Source: a virus (taxonomy: Duplodnaviria; Caudoviricetes). From it: 61,408 nucleotides of DNA. Location: positions 1 to 61,408 of IMG/VR virus record IMGVR_UViG_3300029258_001409. One strand, 5' to 3'. Each line of letters opens with the position of its first letter. Within the stretch, counting starts at the first letter, position 1. This document shows positions 44,968-55,578 of the stretch, piece by piece. A program made the position numbers and the translations under genes. A model generated the notes under the pieces. It searched no databases and was not told the origin of the DNA. It saw only the letters and a program-made list of their open reading frames with translations.

Positions 44968-46576
44968 GCCGGGCGATGTGTTCACGTACAACAACTTTGC
45001 CCAGCTCCAGTCCGTCCATCGTTCCGGTCCCGCGGTCGATGGTTCAAGGCTCTTGTTCCAGCCCTCGGACAGGACCGGGGGCGCAACGCTTGTCCGCTTC
45101 GTCCGGGTAAACCCGGCAACGCAGTTTGCGGGGACGATCGCAGACAGCGTTCCAGAAACCACCATCAATCTTCTGTCGTCGGACTACGGATCATGGCAGT
45201 CCGGCGTGAAGTGGAAGATCGAGGCAGGGGAGGCGGGAGACTGGCAGGGGCAGGATGTCACCTTCCAGTTTGGTGATGACACCGTGACTGTCGATCAGCT
45301 CGGGAAGGCGCTCCGGGTCAAGTACACCGAGACCTGTACGACCGCGGTGCTCAACATCTCGGGGAATGTCCTCACGACCACGATTACAGGCGGCTCGTAT
45401 GAGACCGTGGACAACTTCAGCCTCGATCTGACGGCAACGCAGTATGACACGATCGCAAAGGTCTATGCTGCGTTTGCTGAGCACCCGAGATACGACGCTG
45501 AGCTGAACCCGAATGCTCACGACGGCATGACCGCCGTTGCATCGCAGTATTTCAACACGCAGACCGACCAGGACATCAAAGCGGTGTGGGGGATGCAGAC
45601 GGCCCATCCATATCTGATGGTGGATTGGATCAACACGCATGTCCCGTGGGTCACGGCAACGGCGGCGAAAACGACCGTCCCGGATGTTGTCGATTGGGAT
45701 ACGTGGAGCAGCGGAGGAAGCGAAGGCACCACACTTACCAGCCATTGGGAAAACGCGCTCACCGCGCTGGAGGAAACGGCTACACAGCTCCTGTGGGTTG
45801 CCAGCGAAAGTAACACAATCCATGCCCTTCTGAAGGCGCACTGTCGCGCGCTGGGCAACCGCATTGGCTTTGTGGGCGGCGCTGCCGGTGAGACCGTGGC
45901 CCAGGCCGTAACCAGGGCCGGGGCGCTTAACTCCGATCGCATGGTGCTGGGTTTCCCTGGGGTGAAGCTCTATGATGCGACTCTGACGATCGCCACATTG
46001 TCGCCCATGTATACGGCTGCGATGCTCTGTGGCCTTCACGCCGGAGTTCCCATCTACGAGCCCATCACACACAAGTATCTGGCGATCCTCGGGTTGGAGA
46101 AGGACCTGACGCTTGCAGATCGGCAGACCCTCCAGTTGGGCGGCGTCTGCTGTGTGAATCAAAACTTCTCTCGGGTTACGGGACGATCGACGGGGTACTG
46201 GTGCTCCAAGGGTTGCTCCACGGTTCAGAGTAATCTGTCAATCTGGAACGCTGATGGGACCACGCCGGAGCCCAGCTTGAGACGCATCTGCGATGCCCTG
46301 AAGATCACAATCGAGGACCTGGTCAACGAAACCTTCGTTGGCCGGTCCAGTCGATACCTGTTGGCGAACCTCCAGGCGTATGTCCAGTCTCTGCTCGATG
46401 AGTTTGAGGCTGCCGGATGGTTGACGCCAACCCTTGATCCTGATACGGGTCAGGAGCTGCCGGGATGGAGGAATGTTCAGGTGCGCCAGCAGGGCGATGC
46501 CTGGTATGTGGACTTCGAAGTTAACCTGACGACTCCGGCCAACTTCGTGTTCGTTACGGCTCACGTGCTGCCCTAG
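44837..46576 (+). CDS. Contractile tail sheath protein
   Basis: IGEATGGKPG, LNSDR, EPITHK, SLRRICD, PANFVFVT. Confidence 0.9.
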   Translation: MPTFQGKTYLVPQAVAHVDVSAAAKGALGLLNVAAVIGEATGGKPGDVFTYNNFAQLQSVHRSGPAVDGSRLLFQPSDRTGGATLVRFVRVNPATQFAGTIADSVPETTINLLSSDYGSWQSGVKWKIEAGEAGDWQGQDVTFQFGDDTVTVDQLGKALRVKYTETCTTAVLNISGNVLTTTITGGSYETVDNFSLDLTATQYDTIAKVYAAFAEHPRYDAELNPNAHDGMTAVASQYFNTQTDQDIKAVWGMQTAHPYLMVDWINTHVPWVTATAAKTTVPDVVDWDTWSSGGSEGTTLTSHWENALTALEETATQLLWVASESNTIHALLKAHCRALGNRIGFVGGAAGETVAQAVTRAGALNSDRMVLGFPGVKLYDATLTIATLSPMYTAAMLCGLHAGVPIYEPITHKYLAILGLEKDLTLADRQTLQLGGVCCVNQNFSRVTGRSTGYWCSKGCSTVQSNLSIWNADGTTPEPSLRRICDALKITIEDLVNETFVGRSSRYLLANLQAYVQSLLDEFEAAGWLTPTLDPDTGQELPGWRNVQVRQQGDAWYVDFEVNLTTPANFVFVTAHVLP

Positions 46577-46626
46577 TACAGCTGCGCTGGGCATGATGAA
46601 GGATCATCAACGCTTGGGGGAGAGAA

Positions 46627-47049
46627 ATGCCGAATTCGACGAGGAACCCCACGCTGACCGGGAACATGCTGATCTTGACGATCAACGGGGTTGCCGTGGG
46701 CCGTGGAGCGGGATTGGACGTGACCGAGAACTTCGGAACGGAGCCGATCCCGGAGCTTGGAATCATCCACTACAACGAGCAGGTGCCGATGCGGTACATG
46801 CTGACCGTGAACATGCGCTCGTTTGCGATTGACGGGGAGTCGCTGGAATCGCTGGGCATCGTCCCGGATCGCGATAGTGTGGTCACGTTCCCGGCCATCG
46901 ACGTTGTGGTGGTAAACAAAGAGACGGGGGCACTCGTGGCAACCGTCGAGCACTGCATCATTACGACCAAGGGGTTGAATCTCGGGCCGAATGCAATCGT
47001 TGGCCGGAATGCCTCCTGGATTGGTCGCAATCTTCGCTGGGCGGCGTAG
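46627..47049 (+). CDS. Tail tube protein
   Basis: TGN..L.ING..VGR...FGTEPIPELG; follows sheath. Confidence 0.85.
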   Translation: MPNSTRNPTLTGNMLILTINGVAVGRGAGLDVTENFGTEPIPELGIIHYNEQVPMRYMLTVNMRSFAIDGESLESLGIVPDRDSVVTFPAIDVVVVNKETGALVATVEHCIITTKGLNLGPNAIVGRNASWIGRNLRWAA

Positions 47050-47073
47050 TGCTCAGCGGATAACACGGGGGAC

Positions 47074-47463
47074 ATGATGGGATGCTGGCAAAGCAGCTCC
47101 GATTGGGGCGAGTACAAGATCTCATGGAGAGGTCTGACGTTCGAGGATGAAGTGGCAATCGCGAGCGGGATCGCGTCTGCCACTGGCAATGTGGTTCCAG
47201 CCGAAGGGAGCCCTGGGGAAGTCGCCTATATTCTGGCCGAGATGATGGTGACTCTCTCCAGGGCCTTCGTGGCATTCGAAAGGAAGGATGGAAAAGAGCC
47301 GACACCGGAGGACAACGAGCGGTTCGCGAAGTTTCCAAAGAATCTGAAGTGGCGCCAGGTCAAGGCTCTGATGGGTCTGTATCGAGAGGCTGAAGCCCCC
47401 TTTCGTGACAGAGATGCTGACGAACCTGGACCGGCTGGCGGAGAGGCTGGCGGCAAGCCCTGA
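47074..47463 (+). CDS. Tail assembly chaperone
   Basis: Between tube and TMP; ends with PFR slip candidate. Confidence 0.7.
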   Translation: MMGCWQSSSDWGEYKISWRGLTFEDEVAIASGIASATGNVVPAEGSPGEVAYILAEMMVTLSRAFVAFERKDGKEPTPEDNERFAKFPKNLKWRQVKALMGLYREAEAPFRDRDADEPGPAGGEAGGKP

Positions 47464-47725
47464 GTTCGCGTTTCGTCAGTTCTACGGATTACCGCCACTC
47501 GATCCCCGGTTTCTCGGGATGTCTCATTGGGACATCCTGGTGGAGCTCCGGGCGCTCGAATTGTGGCGTGAGGACACGGGTGACGAGGAGTACAATCGCT
47601 GGTTCCAGCGAGTCCAGCAGGACCCGGAGGAATTCAGGCGGACAAGGGAGGAGGACCAGGCCCTGATCGACAGATTGGGTCTGGGCAGGGGTAAGGCCGA
47701 TGCCAACGGGACCGACACAGGATGA
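47405..47725 (+). CDS. Frameshifted C-terminal extension of the tail assembly chaperone
   Basis: +1 frame overlap; YGLPPLDPRFL motif. Confidence 0.65.
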   Translation: MTEMLTNLDRLAERLAASPEFAFRQFYGLPPLDPRFLGMSHWDILVELRALELWREDTGDEEYNRWFQRVQQDPEEFRRTREEDQALIDRLGLGRGKADANGTDTG

Positions 47726-49751
47726 GCTCGATGTAGGTATGAAGTTCGTGGCCGAGGGGTCTACGATCAAACCGACCCTCGATGACATCAAGCATACCAT
47801 TGACCAATGGGCTCGGGAGGTTGGGGAAGCCACGCAGGAGGGTTTCGCAACCAAGGACCGGATGGAGGACATTTCGAAACTCCATCGGTTTGCAAGGGAC
47901 GACCTGAAACAGTGGGCCCAGGAAGCCCGCCAGATCGCCCAGCAAGACATCGCCCGGCTCAAAGAGGAAATGCGAGCTGCTGGTGGAACCCGGAAGATGG
48001 ACCTCAAGGATCAGATCGCCCAGCGGAAAGAATACGCTCGGATGGACGAGGATCTGGTCCGGGAACATGCCGCCAAGATCGCCATGCTGAAGCGGAAGAC
48101 CGAGGGCCTGGAAGATCTACCGGAGGGGCCCACGTCGCTCGTGGATCGCATGGGGGGAGTCGCTGGCGCCGCCAGGGGCCCACTCGGGATGGGAAAGATG
48201 CTGGCCGGGGCCATGGGGTTCGGCGGAGTCCTGGGGGCGGGCGTTTTCCTCGCCCAGGGCATTGCCCAGGCACGGGAACTCGACAAGGAGCTCGTTCGCG
48301 TCACCAGGCGGATCGGAGACGTTCAGAAGGCCGCCTATGACGTAGGCAGGGAGTTTGCCTATACCCGCCAGCAGATGCTCCCCTTGCTAGAGGCGTTTGC
48401 GGAAGCATCCACCTACGCTGCCAGCATGAGGGGGAAGGGGGAGGGCCCGCTGGAGGAAGGCGTCTACGCAGCGACGGGCCTCGCCCGGTATTGGGGAGTT
48501 CAGCCGCAGAGAATGGCCCAGACCCTGGGGCGGCTTCAATACCTTACGGGCTTGAAGGCTGATGAACGCTTCCTCGGGCGCCTGAGCAGTCATCTCACCG
48601 AGACATTCGGCCCAGACCGAGCGAGATTGCTCGCCATGAGCACTCTCGAAGAAATTTCTGGCATGGTCTCCGAGGCGCGGGGCATGGGAATTCTGACCCC
48701 GGACCCCAATCTCGCGGCCGGATACCTGTCTCAGCTCCAGAGGCTCCAGAAAGACCGCCATTTCCCGTTTCTCCAGGGTTACGGGGCGAATGTCCTCAGC
48801 AAGCTCAATCAGGCCATCATGTCCTCCGCTGGCCCGCTCAGGGCGTCTCTCGAAGCTGCCCTCCGGGAACAAGGGATCTCAGAGCCTCCTGTTTGGCTGG
48901 AGCAGCTAGGCAAAGGAATCTATGGTGAAATGGGCCCAGAGATGCTTCACGGGGCTCTCGGGCTCATTTCGTCCCGGTATTGGGAGACGAACCCGGAAAC
49001 CGGGGAGCGTCGCCGGACGCCTGGCTGGAAGGGTATTGCCGCCAAGTGGTTCGGAGACAGGATTGGCTCCGAAGAGCTGGGGTTCTTGATCGAGAACCTG
49101 GAAGCACTCAGGCCGGAAGCTGTCCGGGGCTTCGCTAGTCGAGCAGGAGAAGACATCCTGAAGGAACTCCGGGACACCAAGACACAAACGATCAGCCAGT
49201 GGGACCGCATCGAGAGCTCCCTATCGGAGATCCAGTCCGCAGTCGGCATGGAGATCGCCGGGACCCTTCTGCCGAAGATCGTCGGCGTCATGGAACGATT
49301 CACCACGGGCCCGCTGGCGAGGATTCTCTTTGGTCCATCGGACGAAGATCGCAGAAAACAGGTCGAAGGAATGATCGGGCGCCTGAATACGCCGCTGGGA
49401 AGGACTCAGTTGGAGGCTGCCCTGAACGCCGCGGCTGGGATCGGTGTCGGGGGGGAGCTTGGGGTTGCTCAGGCCCTCATGGGCGGCGCAGCGATGAAGT
49501 GGCCCTCTTTGTTTGCCTGGATGGCGCCAGAGCGAGCTTTCGCACCGGCGGCCTCTATGCAGATGATTGACCAGCTCCGGGCCTCCTGGGGCATGGTCCC
49601 TCCGGGAGGGGACATCGGTTCATGGCAGCGCATCCAGAGGCTTTTCAACGGCGTTGGGGAGGCCGCTGGACATGCTACCACGAATCTACTCGAGCTGGGT
49701 GTCACCGCGGATCCTTTCACGGAACCGACGCAGCCCGTGAATGAATGGTGA
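47700..49751 (+). CDS. Tape measure protein
   Basis: Helical A/G/L-rich 683 aa after chaperones. Confidence 0.75.
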   Translation: MPTGPTQDELDVGMKFVAEGSTIKPTLDDIKHTIDQWAREVGEATQEGFATKDRMEDISKLHRFARDDLKQWAQEARQIAQQDIARLKEEMRAAGGTRKMDLKDQIAQRKEYARMDEDLVREHAAKIAMLKRKTEGLEDLPEGPTSLVDRMGGVAGAARGPLGMGKMLAGAMGFGGVLGAGVFLAQGIAQARELDKELVRVTRRIGDVQKAAYDVGREFAYTRQQMLPLLEAFAEASTYAASMRGKGEGPLEEGVYAATGLARYWGVQPQRMAQTLGRLQYLTGLKADERFLGRLSSHLTETFGPDRARLLAMSTLEEISGMVSEARGMGILTPDPNLAAGYLSQLQRLQKDRHFPFLQGYGANVLSKLNQAIMSSAGPLRASLEAALREQGISEPPVWLEQLGKGIYGEMGPEMLHGALGLISSRYWETNPETGERRRTPGWKGIAAKWFGDRIGSEELGFLIENLEALRPEAVRGFASRAGEDILKELRDTKTQTISQWDRIESSLSEIQSAVGMEIAGTLLPKIVGVMERFTTGPLARILFGPSDEDRRKQVEGMIGRLNTPLGRTQLEAALNAAAGIGVGGELGVAQALMGGAAMKWPSLFAWMAPERAFAPAASMQMIDQLRASWGMVPPGGDIGSWQRIQRLFNGVGEAAGHATTNLLELGVTADPFTEPTQPVNEW

Positions 49752-49755
49752 TGGG

Positions 49756-51084
49756 ATGGAAGCACGGAAACTGATGGGCAATCCGTATGTTCGCGTGACC
49801 TTCGTGACGAAGCAGTCGGCGGGGCTCTCCGCTACGACGCGTGTGGTCTCGCTGTCGATGCGGAAGCATCTGCGGGAAGCGGCGGGCTCATTCACGTTGC
49901 AGATCAAGCCGCGGACACGCGGAGAGCTGGAGCAGTGGGAGAACCTTCTGGAGCCCATGGACATCATTCTGATTCAGTTCGACCCCGACTCTGCCGCCAT
50001 GCTCGGACTGATCGACCGCGTGGGCAAGGGGCGAGTTGTCGCTGAGGGCGGCCAAGTGACCCAGGGGCTGACCATCTCCGGGCGGGATTTCGGGAAGGCG
50101 TTCATCATGGATACGGTGGCCTACTTCCCGGCACTCGTGGGCTCTGACACTGTTTGGGAGGAACGCTTTCCACTTCCCCTCATGCGGATCACCACGAAGA
50201 GCTTCCGGGGAGGCACGGTCAAAGAGGCCCTGCAAAGCATCTGGAATGACAGTCCCGTGGCGAACAAGGAATACGCTCAGGCGGCAGGGGCCACGACATT
50301 GCGGCAGTACATTGACGTGGGCGAGAAGATCGAGACTTTCCCAGATAGTTTCGTCTGGAATGAAGCATTGGCGATGTTCACCGGATCAATCTGGAACTAC
50401 ATGGAAACGGTGCTCGATCGGGCATTTTACATGATGTATGTGGACACGGCTGCGGCTCTCTCCCCTCGCCCGAGGGCGCACCTGGTTGTCCGTCCGTTTC
50501 CGTTTGATGAGACCGGAGATTTCTCCTGGCGCAGCGCCCGGACATTCGCCAGGCCCGAGATGGCCTACCATGAATTTACGGCGGCTGACTTCCTCGAAGA
50601 CAACATCGCTCGATCCGACACGGACCAGCGGAGCGTGTTCCAGGTGATGCCCGAGGGTTGGATCATTGGTGCTGAAGAAATCCTTGAGAGTTTCGGCCCC
50701 CGCGTCGATGACGATCTGGTGAAGGCATACGGATGGCGTCCGATGATCGTTCGCACCCACCTGATGCCGGACGGTGCATTCACCTTCACAGACAACAACG
50801 AAAATGTGATGCTGGGCCAGAATACGACGGCGATCGACCATTGCGAGACGTTCAGGGACCGGCTCTATGACTGGCATCATGAGAATGCGAAGCTGTTTGG
50901 CGGGACAATCACCATCCGGGGATACCCGCTGGCGCACATTGGTGATTGGTGCCTAGCGCGATGGGATGGCCGATCGTACTTCATCGAAGGTGTGGAGCAT
51001 CAGTGGCGGATGGATCGGGCTCCGTTCAGGACAGTCCTGTCCGTGAGTCGTGGCAAAACGAGAATCATGCCGGGGGTGTCGTGA
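49756..51084 (+). CDS. Baseplate hub protein
   Basis: GSFTL, GLIDRV, ISGRDFGK, GTITIRG, YFIEGVEHQW. Confidence 0.8.
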   Translation: MEARKLMGNPYVRVTFVTKQSAGLSATTRVVSLSMRKHLREAAGSFTLQIKPRTRGELEQWENLLEPMDIILIQFDPDSAAMLGLIDRVGKGRVVAEGGQVTQGLTISGRDFGKAFIMDTVAYFPALVGSDTVWEERFPLPLMRITTKSFRGGTVKEALQSIWNDSPVANKEYAQAAGATTLRQYIDVGEKIETFPDSFVWNEALAMFTGSIWNYMETVLDRAFYMMYVDTAAALSPRPRAHLVVRPFPFDETGDFSWRSARTFARPEMAYHEFTAADFLEDNIARSDTDQRSVFQVMPEGWIIGAEEILESFGPRVDDDLVKAYGWRPMIVRTHLMPDGAFTFTDNNENVMLGQNTTAIDHCETFRDRLYDWHHENAKLFGGTITIRGYPLAHIGDWCLARWDGRSYFIEGVEHQWRMDRAPFRTVLSVSRGKTRIMPGVS

Positions 51085-52838
51085 TGTCTCGTAAGGATCT
51101 TGCACAAACAGCAGTGGTGAGGGCCAAGGTTCCAGGGCGCTTCAACCACATATCGGTCTCCAGGACGTTTCCTGCGCGCGTGGTAAAGCTGAATCCGGCA
51201 AACCTGACTGTTGACGTGGGGCTGGCCCTTGGCGGAAACCTGAAAGATGTGCCGGTCATCTGGGCTGCTGCTGGGTATACCCACGGCAAAGCAGTCCTTC
51301 CGCGCATCGGGGACTTGGTTCTCGTGTCATTCGGCTCGGGGAGCCCAATGTCTCCCCTGGTTGTCGGGAGCGTTGCAGAGCCTGTCCCGCAGACGAATGA
51401 GCTCTTGCCTCTATTCAATCGAGAGGACCTTGCTGGTGCTTCTGATCCATCCGACGATGTTTCGAAAGCAGGTTTTGGCTGTCCGACATGCAGCCCTGAG
51501 AAGCGCCGCCACAATTTCGAAGCAGTCATGGAGATCCTGGATGCTACCTGGACGCCTCTCGCAACCACAAAGGATGGGGAGCCCAATACCGTCGAGACGG
51601 ACTTATGGCTGGAAGCTCACCCCGCAGGCAATTTTTCTCGGATGGACGAGCGGGGCAATGTCGGACAGTGTGTCGAGGGCAATCTGGGTCTGATGATCCA
51701 GAATGGCGGGGCGTTCGTATTACGACAGAGCATTCGCCCGGGCCGGGACCTGGAAGGCGAAGTGCAGTTCGAATTCTTCGTCGATCGACTGACGGGAGAG
51801 GTCCTGTTCGTTCTGGACCCCAAGTCGCCGGAGGAGAAATACCGGCGCCGTGCAGTGATGACATTCCGTGCCGAGCGGGGTGTTCTGGTAAGCACGAACG
51901 AGGAGGACACATTCCCTCCCGACACGATTCACAATGGATACCTGTATTTCAGCGGGGGACGCGGGCTGGCCCTGAGCGCAGGGTTCGATACTGATGAGCT
52001 CGAAGTCCGAATGCCGGGCGGACGGGACAATGAGGATCGGATGTTTCTTTCCGCCAAGGAAGGCATGGCCTTAGACACAACTGGAGAGAAACCGGAGGCC
52101 GGGGAAAAGGAAATCAATCTCAAGGCCCAGGAGAAAATCACCCTCACATCCAAACTTGGCGACATCGAGGTTGAGTCGGAGCTGCAGAGCGTTCTCGTCA
52201 CCGCGCTTCAGAACTTCATCGCGACGGCGACTGCCGGGGATGCGAAACTCGTGGCTACCGCTGGGGGCATTTTGCTCCAGGCGCTTGTCGGGAACATAGA
52301 GGCGCAAGCCACCGCTGGCGACATCAAGGCCACGGCCACGGCGGGCGACATCGACGTGAAAGCAACCGCTGGAGACATCAGCATAGAGGCCACGGCCCAG
52401 GACATCACGCTGAAGGCCCCCCTTGGCACGATCAATGAGCAGGCCCTGACCCTTTTGAAGTTGTTCATCCCCCTGATCGGATATATGCAGATTGATTCGA
52501 TCGGGATCACGATCACCGTTTCGGTGGGCTCGTTGTTGCTAACTTCGCTCATTGGTCCGGCGACATTGAGCGCCGGGACGATCGTTTCGATCAATGCTGG
52601 CGGGTCAGTGGCCGTGAATGCCCCGCTGGTCGGCGTCACTGCTGGGCAGATGTATGTTGCTGCCTCGCAGATCTCTCTGGGCGGTGCTGGGCCTCTCCTG
52701 AGACTTCTAACCGAGGCGTTCATCGGTCTGTTCAATGCTCATGTTCATACGTGCCCACATGGCGGCACTACATCCGCTCCGGTAACTCCGATTACCGTTG
52801 CGCCGCCACAGGTCACGACGATTACAACGGCAACATAG
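51084..52838 (+). CDS. Baseplate central spike (gpV-like)
   Basis: OB-fold LPRIGDLVLVSF; ATAGDI beta-helix repeats; apex FNAHVH. Confidence 0.85.
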   Translation: MSRKDLAQTAVVRAKVPGRFNHISVSRTFPARVVKLNPANLTVDVGLALGGNLKDVPVIWAAAGYTHGKAVLPRIGDLVLVSFGSGSPMSPLVVGSVAEPVPQTNELLPLFNREDLAGASDPSDDVSKAGFGCPTCSPEKRRHNFEAVMEILDATWTPLATTKDGEPNTVETDLWLEAHPAGNFSRMDERGNVGQCVEGNLGLMIQNGGAFVLRQSIRPGRDLEGEVQFEFFVDRLTGEVLFVLDPKSPEEKYRRRAVMTFRAERGVLVSTNEEDTFPPDTIHNGYLYFSGGRGLALSAGFDTDELEVRMPGGRDNEDRMFLSAKEGMALDTTGEKPEAGEKEINLKAQEKITLTSKLGDIEVESELQSVLVTALQNFIATATAGDAKLVATAGGILLQALVGNIEAQATAGDIKATATAGDIDVKATAGDISIEATAQDITLKAPLGTINEQALTLLKLFIPLIGYMQIDSIGITITVSVGSLLLTSLIGPATLSAGTIVSINAGGSVAVNAPLVGVTAGQMYVAASQISLGGAGPLLRLLTEAFIGLFNAHVHTCPHGGTTSAPVTPITVAPPQVTTITTAT

Positions 52839-52850
52839 GAGATATTCCGA

Positions 52851-54464
52851 ATGGCCGGACTTCTCGATTCGCTTGCCAGAGGACAGTTGACGCTGAACAA
52901 GTATACCCTTGCATTGGCATCAGGAAGCGATGCCCCGAGGGCTTGGACTTTCTACGTCAACCCCGAGAGCGTGGTCGATGATTTCCCGTCCAGAACCATG
53001 ATCGGCCATACGCTGGCCGGGCCATTCGCCGAGGAGTACGGCAGAGCTTCCGGGACGATCACGGTATCGGGCACAACGGGATTCCGCTACAGACTTGGGC
53101 AGGATGGTGTTCTGGATGGGACTGCCCAGCTTCTCAAGATGTACGAGCTCTGGCGGGACTATCAAACCTCTAAAGAAGTCACAACATTCGCTCCCGCCTT
53201 CAACGATTACAAGGCATACTGGTTCGATTGGGACAAGGGGCTTCATTTCTGGGTGGTCATCGACCACTTCTCTATCCGCAAGTCCGCCGACAAGCCGCTG
53301 ATTTACCACTATGATCTTCGGATGCGGACACTCGGGAAGCCTTCTGAGGCAGATTCCGCGGGCGATGTCCTGGTGGACTACTTCCGCCAGTTAAACACAT
53401 CGTTTCAGCAGATCCACGAGCGCCTGGGGAGCGCGATCGACCTACTTCAGGGCGTTGCGTCATGGGCCGATACCGCGGGGATGATCTGGTTGGAGGCAAA
53501 CACCTTCGCCCAGGATCTCAATTCGCTCGCCGCTCAGGTCGCGAACGTGGTCAACGGCTTCACTGATGCTACAGGCGTTGACGCCTCGCTGGCAGCCTCT
53601 CTCGCTTCGCAGGCCCAGCAGCTTTGGGAGCAATTCCGGGACAATCAGCCGAGCGATCCCGAGATGAAAGAGGACCAGGCGGCGGTTCAGGAGGCGTTGA
53701 GGATGGCCGGGACCGGATGTAAGTTGGCCTCACGATGGTCGAGGCAGTTCTATGAGCCAGCCCCCCGTCCCTGGGGAGAGCCCACGGAGGAGGAGATTGC
53801 CGCCGATCCGGCTACCATCATCCAACAGTACCCCGCCCGCATTCAGTATGTCGCGCATTTCCATGAAACGATCATGGATCTGGCGGCCAGGTTTCTTGGG
53901 GATGCCGATCTCTGGCCGGTCATCGCTTTTGCGAATGATCTGGCTCCAGATCAGTTGGAGACCACGGACATAGGCGGAAGATTGCTGAGTATCCCTGCCC
54001 GGCAGGATGAGACGATCATTCCACTGAATCTCCTGGTCACGCGGACAATCTCCACGGATGACATCTATGGCACATCTCTCAAGCTGAATGCTGATTTCGA
54101 CTATGTTGTAGACGAGAATGGCGGCCTGAAAACGGTGAGCGGGCTTGAGAATCTGGCGCAGGCGCTGAGAATTGCCCTGGAGACCGGGCGGGGGGAGCTG
54201 GCGCACCATCCATTGTATGGGACCCATATTCGAGAGTACATCGGAGGGGGCCGCACGCTGATGACTGAATCGGCTTTGGCCGCAGAAGTGGTGCGGGCCA
54301 TGGAGACAGAACCTCGCGTGTCCAGTGTGATTGGAATTCCGACTCTCACTATCAACCAGGACATTATCAGAATCGAAGTGGATGTGCGACCGATAGCGTC
54401 TCCGAACCCGATGGTGTTCGGATACGATCTATTCATTGGCGGGCTGGTCGGTGGACTTGTATGA
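52851..54464 (+). CDS. Tube-initiator/LysM-like protein fused to gp25-like baseplate wedge domain
   Basis: FYVNPES, ITVSGTTG; ETIMDLAARFLGDADLWPVIA; GLENLAQAL..GEL.HHPLYG..EPRV. Confidence 0.75.
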   Translation: MAGLLDSLARGQLTLNKYTLALASGSDAPRAWTFYVNPESVVDDFPSRTMIGHTLAGPFAEEYGRASGTITVSGTTGFRYRLGQDGVLDGTAQLLKMYELWRDYQTSKEVTTFAPAFNDYKAYWFDWDKGLHFWVVIDHFSIRKSADKPLIYHYDLRMRTLGKPSEADSAGDVLVDYFRQLNTSFQQIHERLGSAIDLLQGVASWADTAGMIWLEANTFAQDLNSLAAQVANVVNGFTDATGVDASLAASLASQAQQLWEQFRDNQPSDPEMKEDQAAVQEALRMAGTGCKLASRWSRQFYEPAPRPWGEPTEEEIAADPATIIQQYPARIQYVAHFHETIMDLAARFLGDADLWPVIAFANDLAPDQLETTDIGGRLLSIPARQDETIIPLNLLVTRTISTDDIYGTSLKLNADFDYVVDENGGLKTVSGLENLAQALRIALETGRGELAHHPLYGTHIREYIGGGRTLMTESALAAEVVRAMETEPRVSSVIGIPTLTINQDIIRIEVDVRPIASPNPMVFGYDLFIGGLVGGLV

Positions 54465-54489
54465 TTCACCCCGCCTGGAGGAGTGAACC

Positions 54490-55578
54490 GTGGGTGCGAA
54501 TCTGGTGGAGTTCAAAGATTTCCTGGAGTGCTGCGTTGACTTCATAGCGCATCTCGAAGCCAACGACAGCCCGATCACCGACTTCTCGATCGGAAGCCCC
54601 GCACGGACGGAAATGGAGGCGCATTGCGACGGCCTGGCTATGAATTGGTATGCTCTGCGAATTCTGGAGCGGGCGGCCTTCGCTGCGACGGCCACCGGGG
54701 ATGCCCTGGATGGTCATGCCTACACCTTCGGAGGGATGACCAGGCGTCCATCTATGCATTCGGCGGGTATCCTTCGCTTCGCCAGGACTGAAACCGGAGC
54801 CCCCCTGGAGGTCCCGGTGGGAACAGTATGTTCCACCAACACAGGGCTCCAGTTCATCACGATAGAGGCAGCCAACTTCGCAATAGGTGAGTCCGCCGCC
54901 GATGCTGCGGCAATCTCCACGAGCAATGGCATTTCTTCCAATGTCGGGGCCCATCGGATCACCGTAGTGATTTCGGCGGTCTCGGGGATAACGGGTGTCG
55001 ATAACCCCATCCCGTTCTCTGGTGGTTCTGATGAAGAAACAAACGAAGCCCTGCGCTCCCGCATCATCGCTGCGTTCGGTGTTCTGGCGCATGGGGTCCC
55101 AGAGAGCTACACCACCTGGGCCCTTGCTGCCGATTCGCTTGTATTCCGGGCTTCGGCCTGGGGCCAGTTGCGGGCATCTAACTCCGTGGATATCTACATC
55201 GCGAGTATTGACGGAGTGGCCGGCTCATCTTTGGTGGATGCTGTTCAGGCATATATCGACCCGCGGAGGCCCCTCACAAGCAATGTTCTAGTGGCTACTG
55301 CTGTCCTGGTGGATGTCGATGTCACATGCACGGTCTACAGCGACTGGTCCAAGGACTCTTCCGAGCTAGAGGCGGATGTCGAGGCAGCCATCATCGCCTA
55401 TCTCAATTGGCGAACCTGGGACTTCGGAGGCGAGGTTACAGTGGCGGGGATTCTGGGCGCCATAACGGCAGTCGATGGTGTACATGATGTGACTCTCAGT
55501 GTTCCGTCGGCCAACATCGCACTTGAGCCCGACGAGTTGGCTACTCCTGGTGTCATTGCAATCACGGTGGTGGAATGA
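54490..55578 (+). CDS. Baseplate J-like protein
   Basis: TDFSIGS, ATGDALD, GGSDEETNEALRSR. Confidence 0.9.
   Translation: MGANLVEFKDFLECCVDFIAHLEANDSPITDFSIGSPARTEMEAHCDGLAMNWYALRILERAAFAATATGDALDGHAYTFGGMTRRPSMHSAGILRFARTETGAPLEVPVGTVCSTNTGLQFITIEAANFAIGESAADAAAISTSNGISSNVGAHRITVVISAVSGITGVDNPIPFSGGSDEETNEALRSRIIAAFGVLAHGVPESYTTWALAADSLVFRASAWGQLRASNSVDIYIASIDGVAGSSLVDAVQAYIDPRRPLTSNVLVATAVLVDVDVTCTVYSDWSKDSSELEADVEAAIIAYLNWRTWDFGGEVTVAGILGAITAVDGVHDVTLSVPSANIALEPDELATPGVIAITVVE

Noticed and set aside
52220-52410. ATAGDI 9-aa repeats as a novel element
   Set aside because: Ordinary beta-helix repeats of a baseplate spike
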